From: Catajapyx aquilonaris
Lineage: Eukaryota
Reading direction: 5' to 3'
NCBI GenBank assembly: GCA_000934665.2
Contig: KZ538435.1
Coordinates: forward strand, 1 to 64,000
DNA: 64,000 nucleotides
This document shows positions 37,853 to 50,499 of this stretch, one piece after another. A program made the translations under genes and the position numbers. Within the stretch, counting starts at the first letter, position 1. The number at the start of each line of letters is the position of its first letter. The notes under the pieces are model-generated. The model was not told where the DNA came from. It saw nothing but the letters and a program-made list of their open reading frames with translations, and did no database searches.

Positions 37853-40800
37853 TGCCACGGGCGTGGCATGGCATTGGGGTGGCTACATGGAGTGGCGTGA
37901 TGGACTGGGGGGGGTGGCAACCCTGGCAGTTGGCAGCCTAGGCAGTTGCTACCGGCCAAAAGTCAGCCACGTGGTAGGGAGAGAAGAGGACTCCCTGGTT
38001 TTGATGCGAATCTGAGATTAGTGAATGCTAATCTGGAGGAGCTATTATATGTTCGTGCGATAAAATGGGGATCATTTTATCACCGGATATTTCCTTCGGA
38101 GAACAAGCCGGAGGTGGCGCCCAAAAATGCATTGTTGATGGAGACGGTTGGAGCCATCATCATTTGAGTATGCCCTGAGCGGTGCAGGGAGTACTGTACT
38201 GGACATGGGCAAGTGACCGTGCATCATGTGGAAGCATGATGGAGTCATGGAAAGGGTAAATGCATATTGCATTTGACCTTGAATCAGACACCGGATGGTC
38301 AGGTCATCCGATTGTTGCAATATTTAATGTAGTACATCTGGTGAGATGCTATGATCTTGGAGGGTTACACTGGAGATGCAGTGCGACTTGTTGCAGACAA
38401 TGCCTGGTCTGGTGTTGTTGACTGCATGGGTGGTCGTATGAGTCCAAGGATTGATGCAGTGTTGGGTTGAGTGGTTAGCATAAAGCGTTACTCGTACTTG
38501 ACATGGGGACTTGTGTCCTGCGCAAGGTCTGAATGGCTCCAGGCTATCATGATTGGTCAGCGAGGCAGGGAAGGTTGACGGCTGTGGCTGGTCAGACTGT
38601 GATGTTTGTCAGAAGATTACACTGGAAGGGGCAGTCAGCCGGTGGCTGATGGGCCAGGGCTGTGTCGGTGATGCGAGTGGAGTGGTCTGTCATGTGCTTG
38701 GCGCTGGGTGACGACGTGGTCATTTCCGAGCTGCCTGGAAGCTGGGCAGTACACGTAGTTGTGGGTTATCGGCATTTTCTTGGTGGTTGTCGGCCATTGG
38801 AGGGAGGCTGTGCTATGAATAAATGGTAATGATATTCCAGTGGAGGGATCGTAATAGTGTCATAGATGGAAACGTACTTTGTATCGAGAGTACGAATTGG
38901 TGAACTTGAATGGGTGCACTGATTGTTGCGGGCCGACGCTGTAGTTGCGGCGGCGTGCTTGTGGAGTTATGTCAAGATAACCTGGATATTTCGTAATGGA
39001 AAGTCACATAGAATGTCGTTTTGATCACGTGTTGACAGGAGGTGGGTCACATGTGGATCTGGCAGGTGTATGCTGATGGACACTCGTTGATGTGTGAGCG
39101 AGTGAGTTTTACATCAGGTTTACCTGATGTGAATATCGTCGTCAGGGACGACGAGGACACTTGGCTACGTCGTTGAACGTAGGCTGAGGATCTTGACTGT
39201 GTTGAGATGTGACCGTGGCCAGTGACTGTGTCATTGCTCAATGGATGCAAGCATCCATGCCCCGTTGTTCAGGGAATTCCTTGGTGGGTACCTACGAAGG
39301 GGTGGTGGTTGCCAAAGGTTGGGTGACATCACTTAGTGGGTTGGTTGCACGACTCTATGGTCAAGGAGTCTAGACACCTGACAGTAGGAGACGATGTTTT
39401 GGCTTGTATGGAGCCGGGGGCGAATTTTGATGTACCTGGAGGCTTGGTTACGTCAAGACTTGGTGTTGCTGGTTGAAAGGAGGGGGTTTTAAGGTCAATG
39501 GACTGACGCCGGTGGAAAGGTGGGGTGACAGCATTGTAGGGTCGGCATTGAAGCGCCTTGCAATGTTACTCGTGCCTAAATGGGGAGCTGGGATGCTCTC
39601 GCGCGAGGTCCTAGGATCCGGAACAACCGTACCAAACTGGCGATTCCAGGGATGAAAAATTCACTGCCGCCGTGAGGGTTGTGATGGCTGTTGGAAGTGG
39701 TGTCATTTCCAACGGTGCTGGCCGTCTCTGAGTAAGAGATGGGTCGGCATGGATTCTGGTCTGAGCCAGTTGATTATGCTGATGATGATGTGGTTGGCAT
39801 GGGAGTATTCCCATGTTGTTTGAGTGGCTTTTCTGGTTGATTCAGAAACTGCTTGAACGTTTGTACGAGCTGTCCCATGGGAGGATCTCCCATGGAGATG
39901 GACACGTGGTCATCGTGTGGTTTTGGAAACGATGATGATCCGAAATAAAAAATTCTTGCATAGTGCAGGAATTGTGGGAAAACGGGAGATTGTAAAAGTA
40001 AGATGGAAATCTTACGGATTTTTTGAATAAATACTCTGGACAGCCTTGCACAAGTGTGTATGAATATCCAGAGAAGGTTGTACGGCAACTGCATGCGGTT
40101 GACCACATGTCTGTTTGCATTGAACGGGTATATTACCGTTCTATTTGAATTCCGCGCTCAGAATTTACGCCACAGGTACAACCTGGGGCGAGATTGTGTG
40201 ATGCCAATCACAATTGAGATTTTCGGTACAGTCTTGGGCGAAATTTATGAACCCAGGCTAGGCCCATGGCTCGTGGTCGTGAAGACGGAGGTGAGGCAAC
40301 TCCCAGGCGAGATTGTGGAGTGAGTTGGGGACCATGTGGGCAGGTGGGGGGTGTACCCTTTGGTGGGTGTGAAAGAAATCGCCGGGTACGGTGATTGGGC
40401 TATGAGTGATCCTTGTCCTTCTGGGGGCAGAAGGGAGGGATTATTCTAGAATATTTCGACACAAAGCCTTTGTCTGTAGTAGCGGAAGGACGTGTGTTAC
40501 TGGTGATGAAAATGACGGACGGGGCTGAGGTGGCCGAGGACCGGAAGGAGGAGAAGGAGATGGCTGAGGATGATGGAAAAGGGAAGACAATGGAGTTGGA
40601 GGAGAAGGAGACGGTCGAGGCTGGTCAACAGACTGATTGGTGCAGGATGCGGAGGACCGAGAGAATGAGGCGGTGTTCGTCATGGAGGTGTCTCCAGAGG
40701 AAGTGGCTGACTTGATGCAGGGCACCATCCAGTGAGTGCATGCAGTGAGTGAGTTTCGGAAGGAAGTTGTTTGCAGGTGCAGTGATTTTTTTTCAGTTTC

Positions 40801-41134
40801 CTTTTGGAGTGCTATATTCAGAGACAGATGATGAACAATTGAACAGTTTGTTTTATTTTTGGAAAGGATTGTGTTGCAGAGGAATGTATGAAGTACATTT
40901 TTTTGGTAGTGTGGGGAATTGCCACGGGCGTGGCATGGCATTGGGGTGGCTACATGGAGTGGCGTGATGGACTGGGGGGGGTGGCAACCCTGGAGGTGGA
41001 GTAGGTCCCAGGAAGACGGGGATGTAAGTTGGGCGAATAAACCAAGGGTTAAAAGTGGATTACCAGTGTACTTATTAAACCCAGAAAGGACCCAGTTCAG
41101 GCATCACAACAAGGTGAGTACGAAGGGCCTGACA
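37853..41134 (+). mobile_element. Non-autonomous LTR retrotransposon relic (Gypsy-like, gag only)
   Basis: About 73-bp direct repeat at 37853 and 40920 starting TG; element ends TGACA; 4-bp TSD GTAC (37849-37852, 41135-41138); tRNA-Lys-type PBS TGGCGCCCAA at 38115-38124; purine-rich tract before the 3' LTR; AATAAA in the 3' LTR. Confidence 0.7.
40020..40260 (+). pseudogene. Decayed retrotransposon gag (capsid C-lobe-like) segment
   Basis: QPCTSVYEYPEKVVRQL...ERVYY...PITIEIF resembles the 'Q...ESV..Y...V..L......E.V...L.P....P.T.E' gag pattern; frameshifted. Confidence 0.45.
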
Positions 41135-44090
41135 GTACAAAAAGGGTTCACTTGCCTGGAGTGTATCGAGTTGTCAAACACCACACATTAATTTGAGTAC
41201 TTCTACAGTGCAGTATTCCTAAATGAGTGGGAAACATACGACCGTGTCACTTGGTGGACTGTGCCCACAAACAGGATGGCCCCAAGAGTACGGGCCCCAT
41301 ATAACCAAAGGAGATGTGGTTGTGCAAGGACAATTCCTAACGGATTTAGAAACTTAGGGTGGTTGTGGTTGTGGTATAGTAGGGTATTGTGCCCGTATTT
41401 GAGTTCAACTTAGCCTTGTATGGGAAAGGCCATTAGGAGAAATACGTTCTCTACTGCTGCACCTAAATATATGCACTATCGGATAATAATAATAATCATC
41501 TAAGGCCATTGCTTTCTGCATAAGAAATCATTACCTGTCATTTACAGACACTCTTCAATTAGTCCACATTTCCAGAATTGAGCTCATATTTGTATCCTAT
41601 CGATGGAAATGCATATGCAGATCGAGTCCCGTTGGCTCCCTGATAGGGAAGTTGTGGGGAAGTTGCGAGTGGGTTAGTGCGCCATTGAATCTTCTGACTG
41701 GATCCTCGTTGTTTTGTATACACTCGGGCACAGGAGTACCAACTTGGTGCAGGGGTGTGCGTGAGATTTTCAAGACACGGATGTGACTTCAATTCCGCAA
41801 CACTCGATGTACAGTACTTATGAAAGCTCTTTACAATTAGCTATAAATAAGAATAATTAACATCATCACTTATGTTCAACGTACGTATTTGTTGATACTT
41901 CTTTCTTTTGATATAGTGTAGTTTCTTGTCTATATAGTCCCTCTCAACGAAAGAGAGACGACCAGGTTATATAGAAACTGGGACAAATAAAAGAGCCGAT
42001 CTGCTGAGGATTCCCACCATTTCCCTTCTTTTATAGACCCAGTAGCAATTGCCTGTCAAGGAAAAAAGATTAGATAATCTCTCCTCGCATCCACCCACCT
42101 TTCTTTTTACAATATCCAAGCCCCTTTCTTTATTCTTCTACGGTCTTCTCATCTTTGTCCTTCACATTATCCCTCTTGATCGACGCCATCAGTCTTAAAA
42201 AGAAAATAATAACAACATACAAACACCACATACTTCCATTCAGCCATCCATCATAAGAGAGAGAACACGGGCAAACATTTTCCTTCTCTTTCTGCATATA
42301 GAACTGATGCTCATCAGCAGTTATGTACTATGTAGGCTACTGTACGTATACATTAGATGATTGTACGGACTCTCTGTTGATCAGTAATGACTCTTCTCCA
42401 GTGCTGTAACTGGACATTCAGTGGGTGAAACTGGACCGTTTTAGAACGGCATTGATTGCCAGATCACAAACAAAGCCTGCACCACTCGTACTGGATCCAT
42501 GTTGCTTTTGAATGGCTAGGCCCATGTGACTAAATAGCTCATCAGTCACAAATGTATCGTTACGCCGTTCATTCCAAACAGGGCTGCTGAAATTAATTGG
42601 TCTTTAGAGGCCTTCCATTTTAACTTTCGGGATTCGACACCTGGTCGAAATTTATATTCATCACCTGCCAAGCATTAGTGTGACTTATATGCATAGTAAT
42701 TATATGTAATGGCTTAGTAGTTTTGTACTGATTGTGGTAACTAGTATAGCATTGTAAAAGTAATTTGTCCAATGCAGTGGTTAGGTTTTGCAGAGATGTA
42801 TATGGGACCTAATACACTCGATGCTTTATTTTTATTTATTTATTTATTCGTTTATTTACATTGCCAAATAATCAACCTTTCTAAGCAACCTATATAATTA
42901 GGACATCTTAAGTTTACGAGGAATTTGGCTATATTGCAACTTGTAATTAATTGCGATTTGATGCCAAAACTGACAGATTTTAAATTATATTCTTCCAAAC
43001 TGCACTTACTAGTCATGGATGTATATACCATATAGCCATGAAAATAATCCAATAATTATACGTACAGTACATCTACTTGGTTTAAGTAGTTTAATGGTAC
43101 TTTCTAACCTCACCTTCGTTATTATTCATGGCCAACACCTGCACATTTTAAACTGCATGCAGGACATCTGTACCCTCGCCCCTCTATCGAATTGCCCATC
43201 TTCGGCCATTTTTGAACAGCTGGTGGAGTGATGTGGGGGACAAGTTGCATGTCCGAGTAGCGTGAAAGCCATCGACACGGCTCGTTCATGCATTATTAAA
43301 ATGTGGCCATTGCCGGATGACACCGCGGAAACAGAGAAGAAATCGCTGGTAAGCATCATTAGGCTCGAACAAAGCTGAAGGAGATGGGGGTGGGTGGAAG
43401 GGGCAGCAGTAGGGAAGGGGGGTGNGGGGGGGGGGGGGGGGGACGTGACCGAGAGGAGAATCTTGACAGAAATCTCCGCACAAAACTTGGGGAGGGGAGC
43501 AGTGCAGGAACATTAATCACAATGGTTGTGGAAACAACGAGTCGTGAAGGAACAAAGGACGCGTGAGAAATAAAGAGCCTTTTGTCAGATGGCCACCGGG
43601 AGAAGGACGCGAAGATTGGAACTTGGCGTTTGGTGACGCCGCAACAAAACAAGCCGGGGGCCCTGATCCCTGCCCAGACGCACCAAAACTCACTCTATTC
43701 TTCACGGCCTATCTACTTCACTAGAGAAAATATCCACCCCCTCTTTCCATCATCCATTCTTCCAAAGGGTGAGAGATTCATCCCCAACGATTTAGACCTT
43801 CTCCAGCTTACAAATGAAAACCATTCGGAAAGGCAGGAATTGAATTTGTCTTCGTCACAGGCCAACAAAACCTGAAGGCTGGTGCGATGGCGGTTGGAGG
43901 TGGGGAAATTGGGGGAAACTGGTGCATTGGAGAAGAAGGGGGGGGGGGGTCTAACTGGACACTCGGCAAATATGGAACCTCCCTATTCTTATTGGCCGCA
44001 GAGCCATTTCTGGGATTAGAGAGTCGGCTGCTTTTCAGGGACCAGAGATCAATGCTGCCAGCCTAGGCTGTGGGAGAGGGAGAGAGTGGG

Positions 44091-44093
<3 letters not shown>

Positions 44094-44165
<72 letters not shown>
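44094..44165 (+). repeat. (GA)n microsatellite
   Basis: About 35 perfect units. Confidence 0.98.
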
Positions 44166-44171
<6 letters not shown>

Positions 44172-44561
44172 CCACCACCACCCTCTTTTATCTCTGTCAA
44201 CCTGTAGGCTCGAAATGCAGCCAGGGGCGTAACCCAGCAAGTGCCTGCCAACATCATTCTTGCCAAAGACTCCTCCTCCTCTTTTACCTGTCACAATGAG
44301 ATCGTCATTGTTTCTGGTACGTTACACAGGCCGATACTCTGCGCTATGCAACTAGGCGCAGATGGAGACCCTGCGATGATCATACACTTGGAGGAGGATG
44401 TATGCTAATTTGGGTGTATTTCAATTTTTGCCGTCAGTCACTTGCATATTGTGTGAAGGTAAAATATTTTTGCAACTACATTATACGAATGCATGATGTC
44501 TTAAGCAGTTATATACCCCATTACGTATTTCAAATATAATAGCTATTAAATGGAGATTATT

Positions 44562-44960
44562 GGGGAGGTGTGGTGGCCGAGATGGTAACGTTTCGGCTGG
44601 CTGAGTGAAAGGTCCCAGGTTCGATCCCCGCCTGGGAGTTCCCTTTCACCTGCGTCAGGAGGGTCTCTGACCCGCACCTTGGAGGTGTCTGGCAACCTAA
44701 CCTCCTGGGGAACAGCACATGACCCCTTTTCAGACATTGCACTTGCACCCATGTTCCCTCCCCAAAAACCCCTATAGTATCCTTACCCTATGCAACTTTT
44801 CTTCTCTCTCCGGTGCAAGAAAACAAGGACATAGGCCCTATGTCCTTGTTTTCTTGCACCGGAGAGAGAAGAAAAGTTGCAAAAACACCAGAAAACTGAT
44901 GGTGGTATGCCACCCCCCTATAACGGCTTACAGTTGTATCACGGGATTAATATAATTAAA
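44562..44960 (+). mobile_element. tRNA-derived SINE, head B + tail type 2, with internal inverted duplication
   Basis: A and B boxes; TSD AAAT(G/T)GAGATTATT at 44548-44561 and 44961-44974. Confidence 0.92.
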
Positions 44961-45627
44961 AAATTGAGATTATTAGAGGGGAATGACATACACATGGCAG
45001 ACCTGCAACCAAATATTTCCCGGCCAAAAATCTGACGATGCATATGATTGCAAAAAATGTAATTTGGCTATTCGAGGGCAATGTACCGAACCTAGTAAAA
45101 AGGAGGCACAGGGTAACTAACTGTTCCTTGAACCATGTTCATGGCGTAAATTATATAAACATGATCTGTTTGATGGTGTGTATTCACTTGCCATATACTG
45201 TGCCTCTGTGCTAGAATAGAATCTCGTTATCTTTAAATTGGCCTCTAGCTCATTTTTTCTCGAGACCACACCATGTATAGAGAGCTTGTAATTAACTCTT
45301 AATCTGAAATATGTTTTAGATTTCACTAGCAGCCCTAAACTGTAGCCTGCTGCAGAAGTTAAATTTTTGGCCGATGATGAGCAGGCAATTGAAAAACTTA
45401 AAGAGAGAACTTACAGGATAGCATTCACTTGCTACAAAAAAATACGATGATGCTACTAAAAATTTCAAACAACAAAGTTTAACTTCAAAAATGATGTAGG
45501 AACTGACAGGCGAAGTAATATGGTAATTTCGATTCAATAATGTGCATCTAAAAGCAGAAAACTTAATATATGCCAAAGTAATATATGCTACTACTTAGAA
45601 CTTCATTCAGGCTTTAATTGTAGAATT

Positions 45628-45722
45628 TTATCATCATCATCATTATTATTATTATTATTATTATTATCATCATCATCATCATCATCATTATTATTATTAT
45701 CATCATTATTATTATTATTATT
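45628..45722 (+). repeat. Compound (ATC)n/(ATT)n microsatellite
   Basis: Seen directly. Confidence 0.95.
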
Positions 45723-46739
45723 CTGGTATATTGAAGCAAATGTGGAAGAGAATTTTCAGCGATAAAATTAGGGCAGGCGTGAGTCGCATATGATGCAATA
45801 TAGGCCAATGAGCCGAAGTGGTGTAAAGTTGATAAAATAATCTGGGGGATGAAAGTCAGCGTCATTTTGATTTGCGATTAGAGTGCGCAGGCGGTTAGTC
45901 TGCACCAAAAGAGTAAATACCGGCTGATGTTGATCCCTGCGGTGTCTTCCTTCCTCAGCTATACAGCTGACAAAGCCAGCTTATTTGCTCGGGCTTCCTG
46001 GGTGCCTTGTGCTTTGGGACCACCACAGGAAGGAGATTCTTGCAGCAAGTTGCCTGTCGGTCGTCTGCAGCTGGCGAAAGGTTCAACTACCTTCAGGCCC
46101 TACAATCCCACTCAAATCTGTGAGCTTTGCGTTTAGACTGCTGCTAAATCTCAGGCCCACGTAGACACGTCAGCCTATCCAAATACCAGCCAGTTTATTC
46201 CTCAACGACAATATTACTTTGGTCTTTCCTAATGATATGGACATATTACAGAATAGTTATTCAATTCTTTTCTCCGTTTGCGGCACACAAATTTGCCGGG
46301 ACATGTACAGTAATGTCTCTTGATACCGTTTTTAAATGTATGACTAATATTTAGCATCATGTGGCACACTTTATAGTTTCTTTTTTTTGGCGTGAGAATA
46401 ATGGACAAGGGAATAAGTACCATATTGATAATGGAATGTTTGCCTGACTGATACATCATATCCCTTACCTCAAATATTTTTACGATGCCCTTCGGACATC
46501 AGGACCATCAAAGAAACCAGCACTCGTAACACAGGTTGAAGACCCGCCCCTTGGGGCGGAAATAAAGATCATGTTGCCAATATTGCCTAAACTGATCCAC
46601 TACAGTCCGAAATAAGTCCCTCAATTTAAATATTTGTAATTCAATGGCTAATTGTGCAATAATATTACCAGCGTTATGGAAACATTTTCACATCATAGAG
46701 TGCTTATAAATCAAAATTGATTTCATCGTAAATGGTAAT

Positions 46740-47729
46740 TAATTCAAAGCGTGGGCCTCATGACGCTGCAAGACCTCGTGATGGAGACAAATACCTTCTC
46801 CTTCCTATACTCTCTAACATCATTGTTGTTCCACTCTGAGGACTCCAGTTCGACCCCCGTGTCGGGTAAAAGATTATCTTCTGTAGAAAAGGTGCCGAGA
46901 ATTTTTCTCCGTGTTCGCGTAGATTTTCTCTACTGCACTGTCCAAAGGCATCTCTTCTCCTTTTACCCTTGCTTATCCCAGAGAGTCAACCACAAAGCTG
47001 GAGGGGGAAGATCATACTATCTTATTGAATCATACTCCAGTGTTTGCTTTGATATGGGGATTTGCTCTACATAATTTGTAGAACGAGCTCCTCTCGGCTG
47101 AAATTCCCTATATTGGAATAGAACACTCGCCCTACGACATGCAGTTCCCATAGGAAAAATAGCATATACTCTCACATGCGGAACGGTACACAATGTGTGT
47201 GCAAGTAATCTAAAAGAGAGGAGACGGCACCAATTGACATCGATCCGGAGAAGCACAGTTTCAATGAATCTCGATGGCATTGTTGCCACACTGCCAAAGG
47301 TGATTAAACGCGATTTAGGTAGGCTACATGTAAACCTCGGTGAATCCTGCCTATTTAGGCCTAGCAGGGGCAAGGGATGCAAACGGAGGAGGGGCCAACT
47401 GCAGCAAGTCAACACAACAGCAACGAGACTCTCTCCAGGGTTTCTACAACAATGTTAACACGATGATTGAGAACATCCAAGTGCTCGAAGACATTAATTT
47501 TTCACCTGATTCCCCTGGTGGAGTCAAGTTCATGGTGCTGTGGAGAGGTCTGAGCACGTTTCTCTTCAATCCACTAAGTGATCCTGATCGCATACATCTA
47601 GAAAAGTTGGAGGGCAAAATAGCCAAACATCCCATAATGTGCATGGTCCTCCAGCCAATCAAAGTACAAGATGAATCTGATGCGATGACATGACTTACAG
47701 ACCCCCCGAAAAATCAACATTTTTCAACT
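46740..47729 (+). pseudogene. PA: Candidate endogenous viral element: decayed orthomyxovirus-like polymerase acidic (PA) C-terminal region plus segment terminus
   Basis: Collinear motifs versus influenza A PA: [106 protein letters not shown]...[11 protein letters not shown]/PG...LYEAIEECLIN; in-frame stops and frameshifts; the 5' boundary is uncertain. Confidence 0.72.
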
Positions 47730-48399
47730 ATCTTCTCAGGAAACTCTAGCGGCGCCTTACGACGATTTACTTGCAAAGAACGCCCTGACAACCCTTTACC
47801 ATATTTCCGAACTGTTGTAGTTTGTACAGAATTTTTTATACACTCGATAGTCTATACTTTATAGTCTATACTCTATAGTAATATGCAATTTACTCAATCT
47901 TATTGGTGAGTGTCAATCCATAATTTTTAAGTGGAGGTAGGGCCTAAGTGGTTATTAGGCCTACAGAGGAAGGCTATGGTTTGGTTACCTATACAGTGCC
48001 GCAGGAGTTTTAATAATATATAAAAATATGGCAACTTAAGATGGCAGAGACCTTTAATAAATATGTTACAGTGTTTCAATTTCAATATCATTGGTAGATG
48101 ATCCCTAATTTTAATGACATAAATATGAATAGGAACTAAAGTGACAATGTTTTACCTCCTAATAAATTCAATTTCAAGTTATGGAGAGAATTGATCAACA
48201 GATGACAATCTGTTATTGGTTATACCGTATACATTGGAGTTGGACCTTAAATTAATAATTTCAAAATTTCTTTTTGTCAATTCAATTGATTGATTAATTT
48301 AATGCACTTTTTTCAACCCTCACAGCATTTAAAAGATTACATTGCAAAGAAAATAAGCCGAAAAAATGGATGGTGCTCGCTGTGTCATTTTCATTGGAA

Positions 48400-50050
48400 T
48401 TTCATGGAATGTCACAATCATTTAATAATAATTGCAAAAAAATGTCTAACGATGTTACATACGCCATGAAAATCACCACCAAATATTGTACAAACTGTAT
48501 GCGGGGGAAAATATTGTGCACGTTTTTGCAGACAATGTAAACAAACTGCCGTCAGAAGTATGAGGAGTCCGTATGGGAATAAGGTGCTCGAGAAGAAGCG
48601 GAATCCATCAATCTGGTTCTGCAAGAAATCATTTTTGTACACATGCAAAACAGGTATAGTATTTGATAAGGTGATTTTTTTTTCCATGTTTCACCTGTTC
48701 CTACCCCGTCCTCTTCCTTTTCATTCGATATTCATGGAATATTTCAGAAGGCGTCCTCGTCTGCTTCATTATTGTGCTTTCATCACTACCGAAATGCGGT
48801 CTCCAAATGTCAACAAGACTCAAGCCTCAATTCCACAAAAATGAAAACTTGATGTTGTATTTTTCAAACATTGCAGGACAAAGAGAATGCCCGTGAAAAT
48901 CCGTTTTTTTTTTGAAACTCCAGACGGAAGATAATTATGAACTTTCAAATAAACTGGATGGGTATCACGTGACTGCGTGTGACGTCATTAGTAACCAACC
49001 TCAACAACCTAGGTATGGTGCACTGTTGGCTGCTTGTCGCCTTTTGCAGCAAAATGATGAGAAAAGAAAGGCAATTACAGTAATTAGAAGGATACAAAGT
49101 GACCCAGTTTATAGGTTTAGAAGCTGGGTTTGCACTCCTAAACGTCATTAATTGTTTCATTTGTTTTATGTGTAGTATTGTGTTCAATATAGGATATACG
49201 TGAATACGTTAAAATATTACAAGAGTATAGAGACAAAGGAGAGGTTTTATTTCCGGTGGTAACAAAGCTAAACTATGCAATTCGGAAATATTTCTTCGTG
49301 GTTCAGTAAATAAGAGATAGTTTTCATCCACTTGATAACGACCCGGAAAGTGTCATAACTTTGCCTAAGCTTAGCCCTACTTTGAGTAATTTGCTATTAA
49401 TTTTTGCAACATTAAATAATTAAAGTCGGATTTATCCATTTCTTTCTGCACTCAAATATTGCACGGCATATTTTGCTAACTCTAAATGTTGTTTATAAGA
49501 AAATTTGTCATGCACAGTTTGTAGTGCACCTAATAGAGTAAAATCCAATGTGAGTCATAAAAAGTTTTGGGTGATTATATGACAAGTGATATATTAAACC
49601 TGCCACGTGTCTCGCGCTATGCTATATCCACTCTGCCAGCCGTAGGTAAACCAGCTCGTAAATTTCAATCTCTCTTGTCTCCAGCACCACACAGGCCTGA
49701 TATTATCCAAATCCCAACCAAATATCAGTCACAAATATTTATGAAATATAAGCTTTACCAGCCCTTCCAACATACAGTATATTATGCAAACTTTAAGTTA
49801 AGGAAACATGCAACGCACAACTTATTAATTTATAATTTTGTAATCTTAATCTAGATTATCATCTGCACAATTGGTGGAATAAACTTGAAATCCAAGAAAC
49901 AGTGAAACTTGTCTTCAGCAGATCCTGGATATCTTGTCTCTTATACGAAGAAACATGCGGTCCTGTCAGCGAAATAGGATTTCCAGTGTATTTTCGTTCG
50001 ATTTTTGCCTAACACGAAAACGAACAGATTTTAAGTGTCTCAATAAGGGA
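48400..50050 (-). pseudogene. Possible very old P-element/THAP9-like transposase relic
   Basis: Weak collinear hints on the minus strand (THAP-like C..C and RIC near 50.0-49.9 kb, FYD near 49.56 kb, KYYTCFAC near 48.65 kb); heavily disrupted. Confidence 0.25.
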
Positions 50051-50499
50051 AATCCTGCGTATAGCAGAATTAATACTGCATTAAAGGTCGTTTCACAAAT
50101 TTGTCGAGCCGGAAGCAGGGCAAAAAATGGGCGCGCCACACCAGTATTTATAAAGAAAGTCGCTCTGCTACGCTGGCGCATGGCGGGGGAAATATGGATG
50201 CTGGTGGCACAAATTCGAAACTTGTTACTGCGCCTTAATTTTATTGTCGTTAAGGATTATTCAATATAGTGGAAACTTGTGTAGTACAAAAAACAGAGCG
50301 ATTTCACTAAACAAAATTGTGTATATAGGAATATCATATCCACTATACTGTATAGTATAAGAAATCGACTAATTAAAATTGGCGATGGTTATGGAAAAGT
50401 GTGCTGTGTACCACATACCAGTACTGTAATTTCGAAATAATTTCTTACCTAAAGATCACGCTAGTGGACTCATCTGCTCGTGGTATATTAGATTGTGAT

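Noticed and set aside
38108..38122. CTCF-like CCGGAGGTGGCGC
   Set aside because: More simply explained as the junction of the deleted 5' LTR with the PBS, although CTCF binding is not excluded.
40441..40941. Longest ORF in the track (166 aa, minus)
   Set aside because: Low-complexity Pro/Ser translation of the antisense strand of the LTR element's purine-rich 3' region.
47160..47215. Phasmavirus nucleocapsid-like reading TVHNVCASNLK
   Set aside because: A single short resemblance in an alternative frame; the PA interpretation is supported by many collinear motifs.
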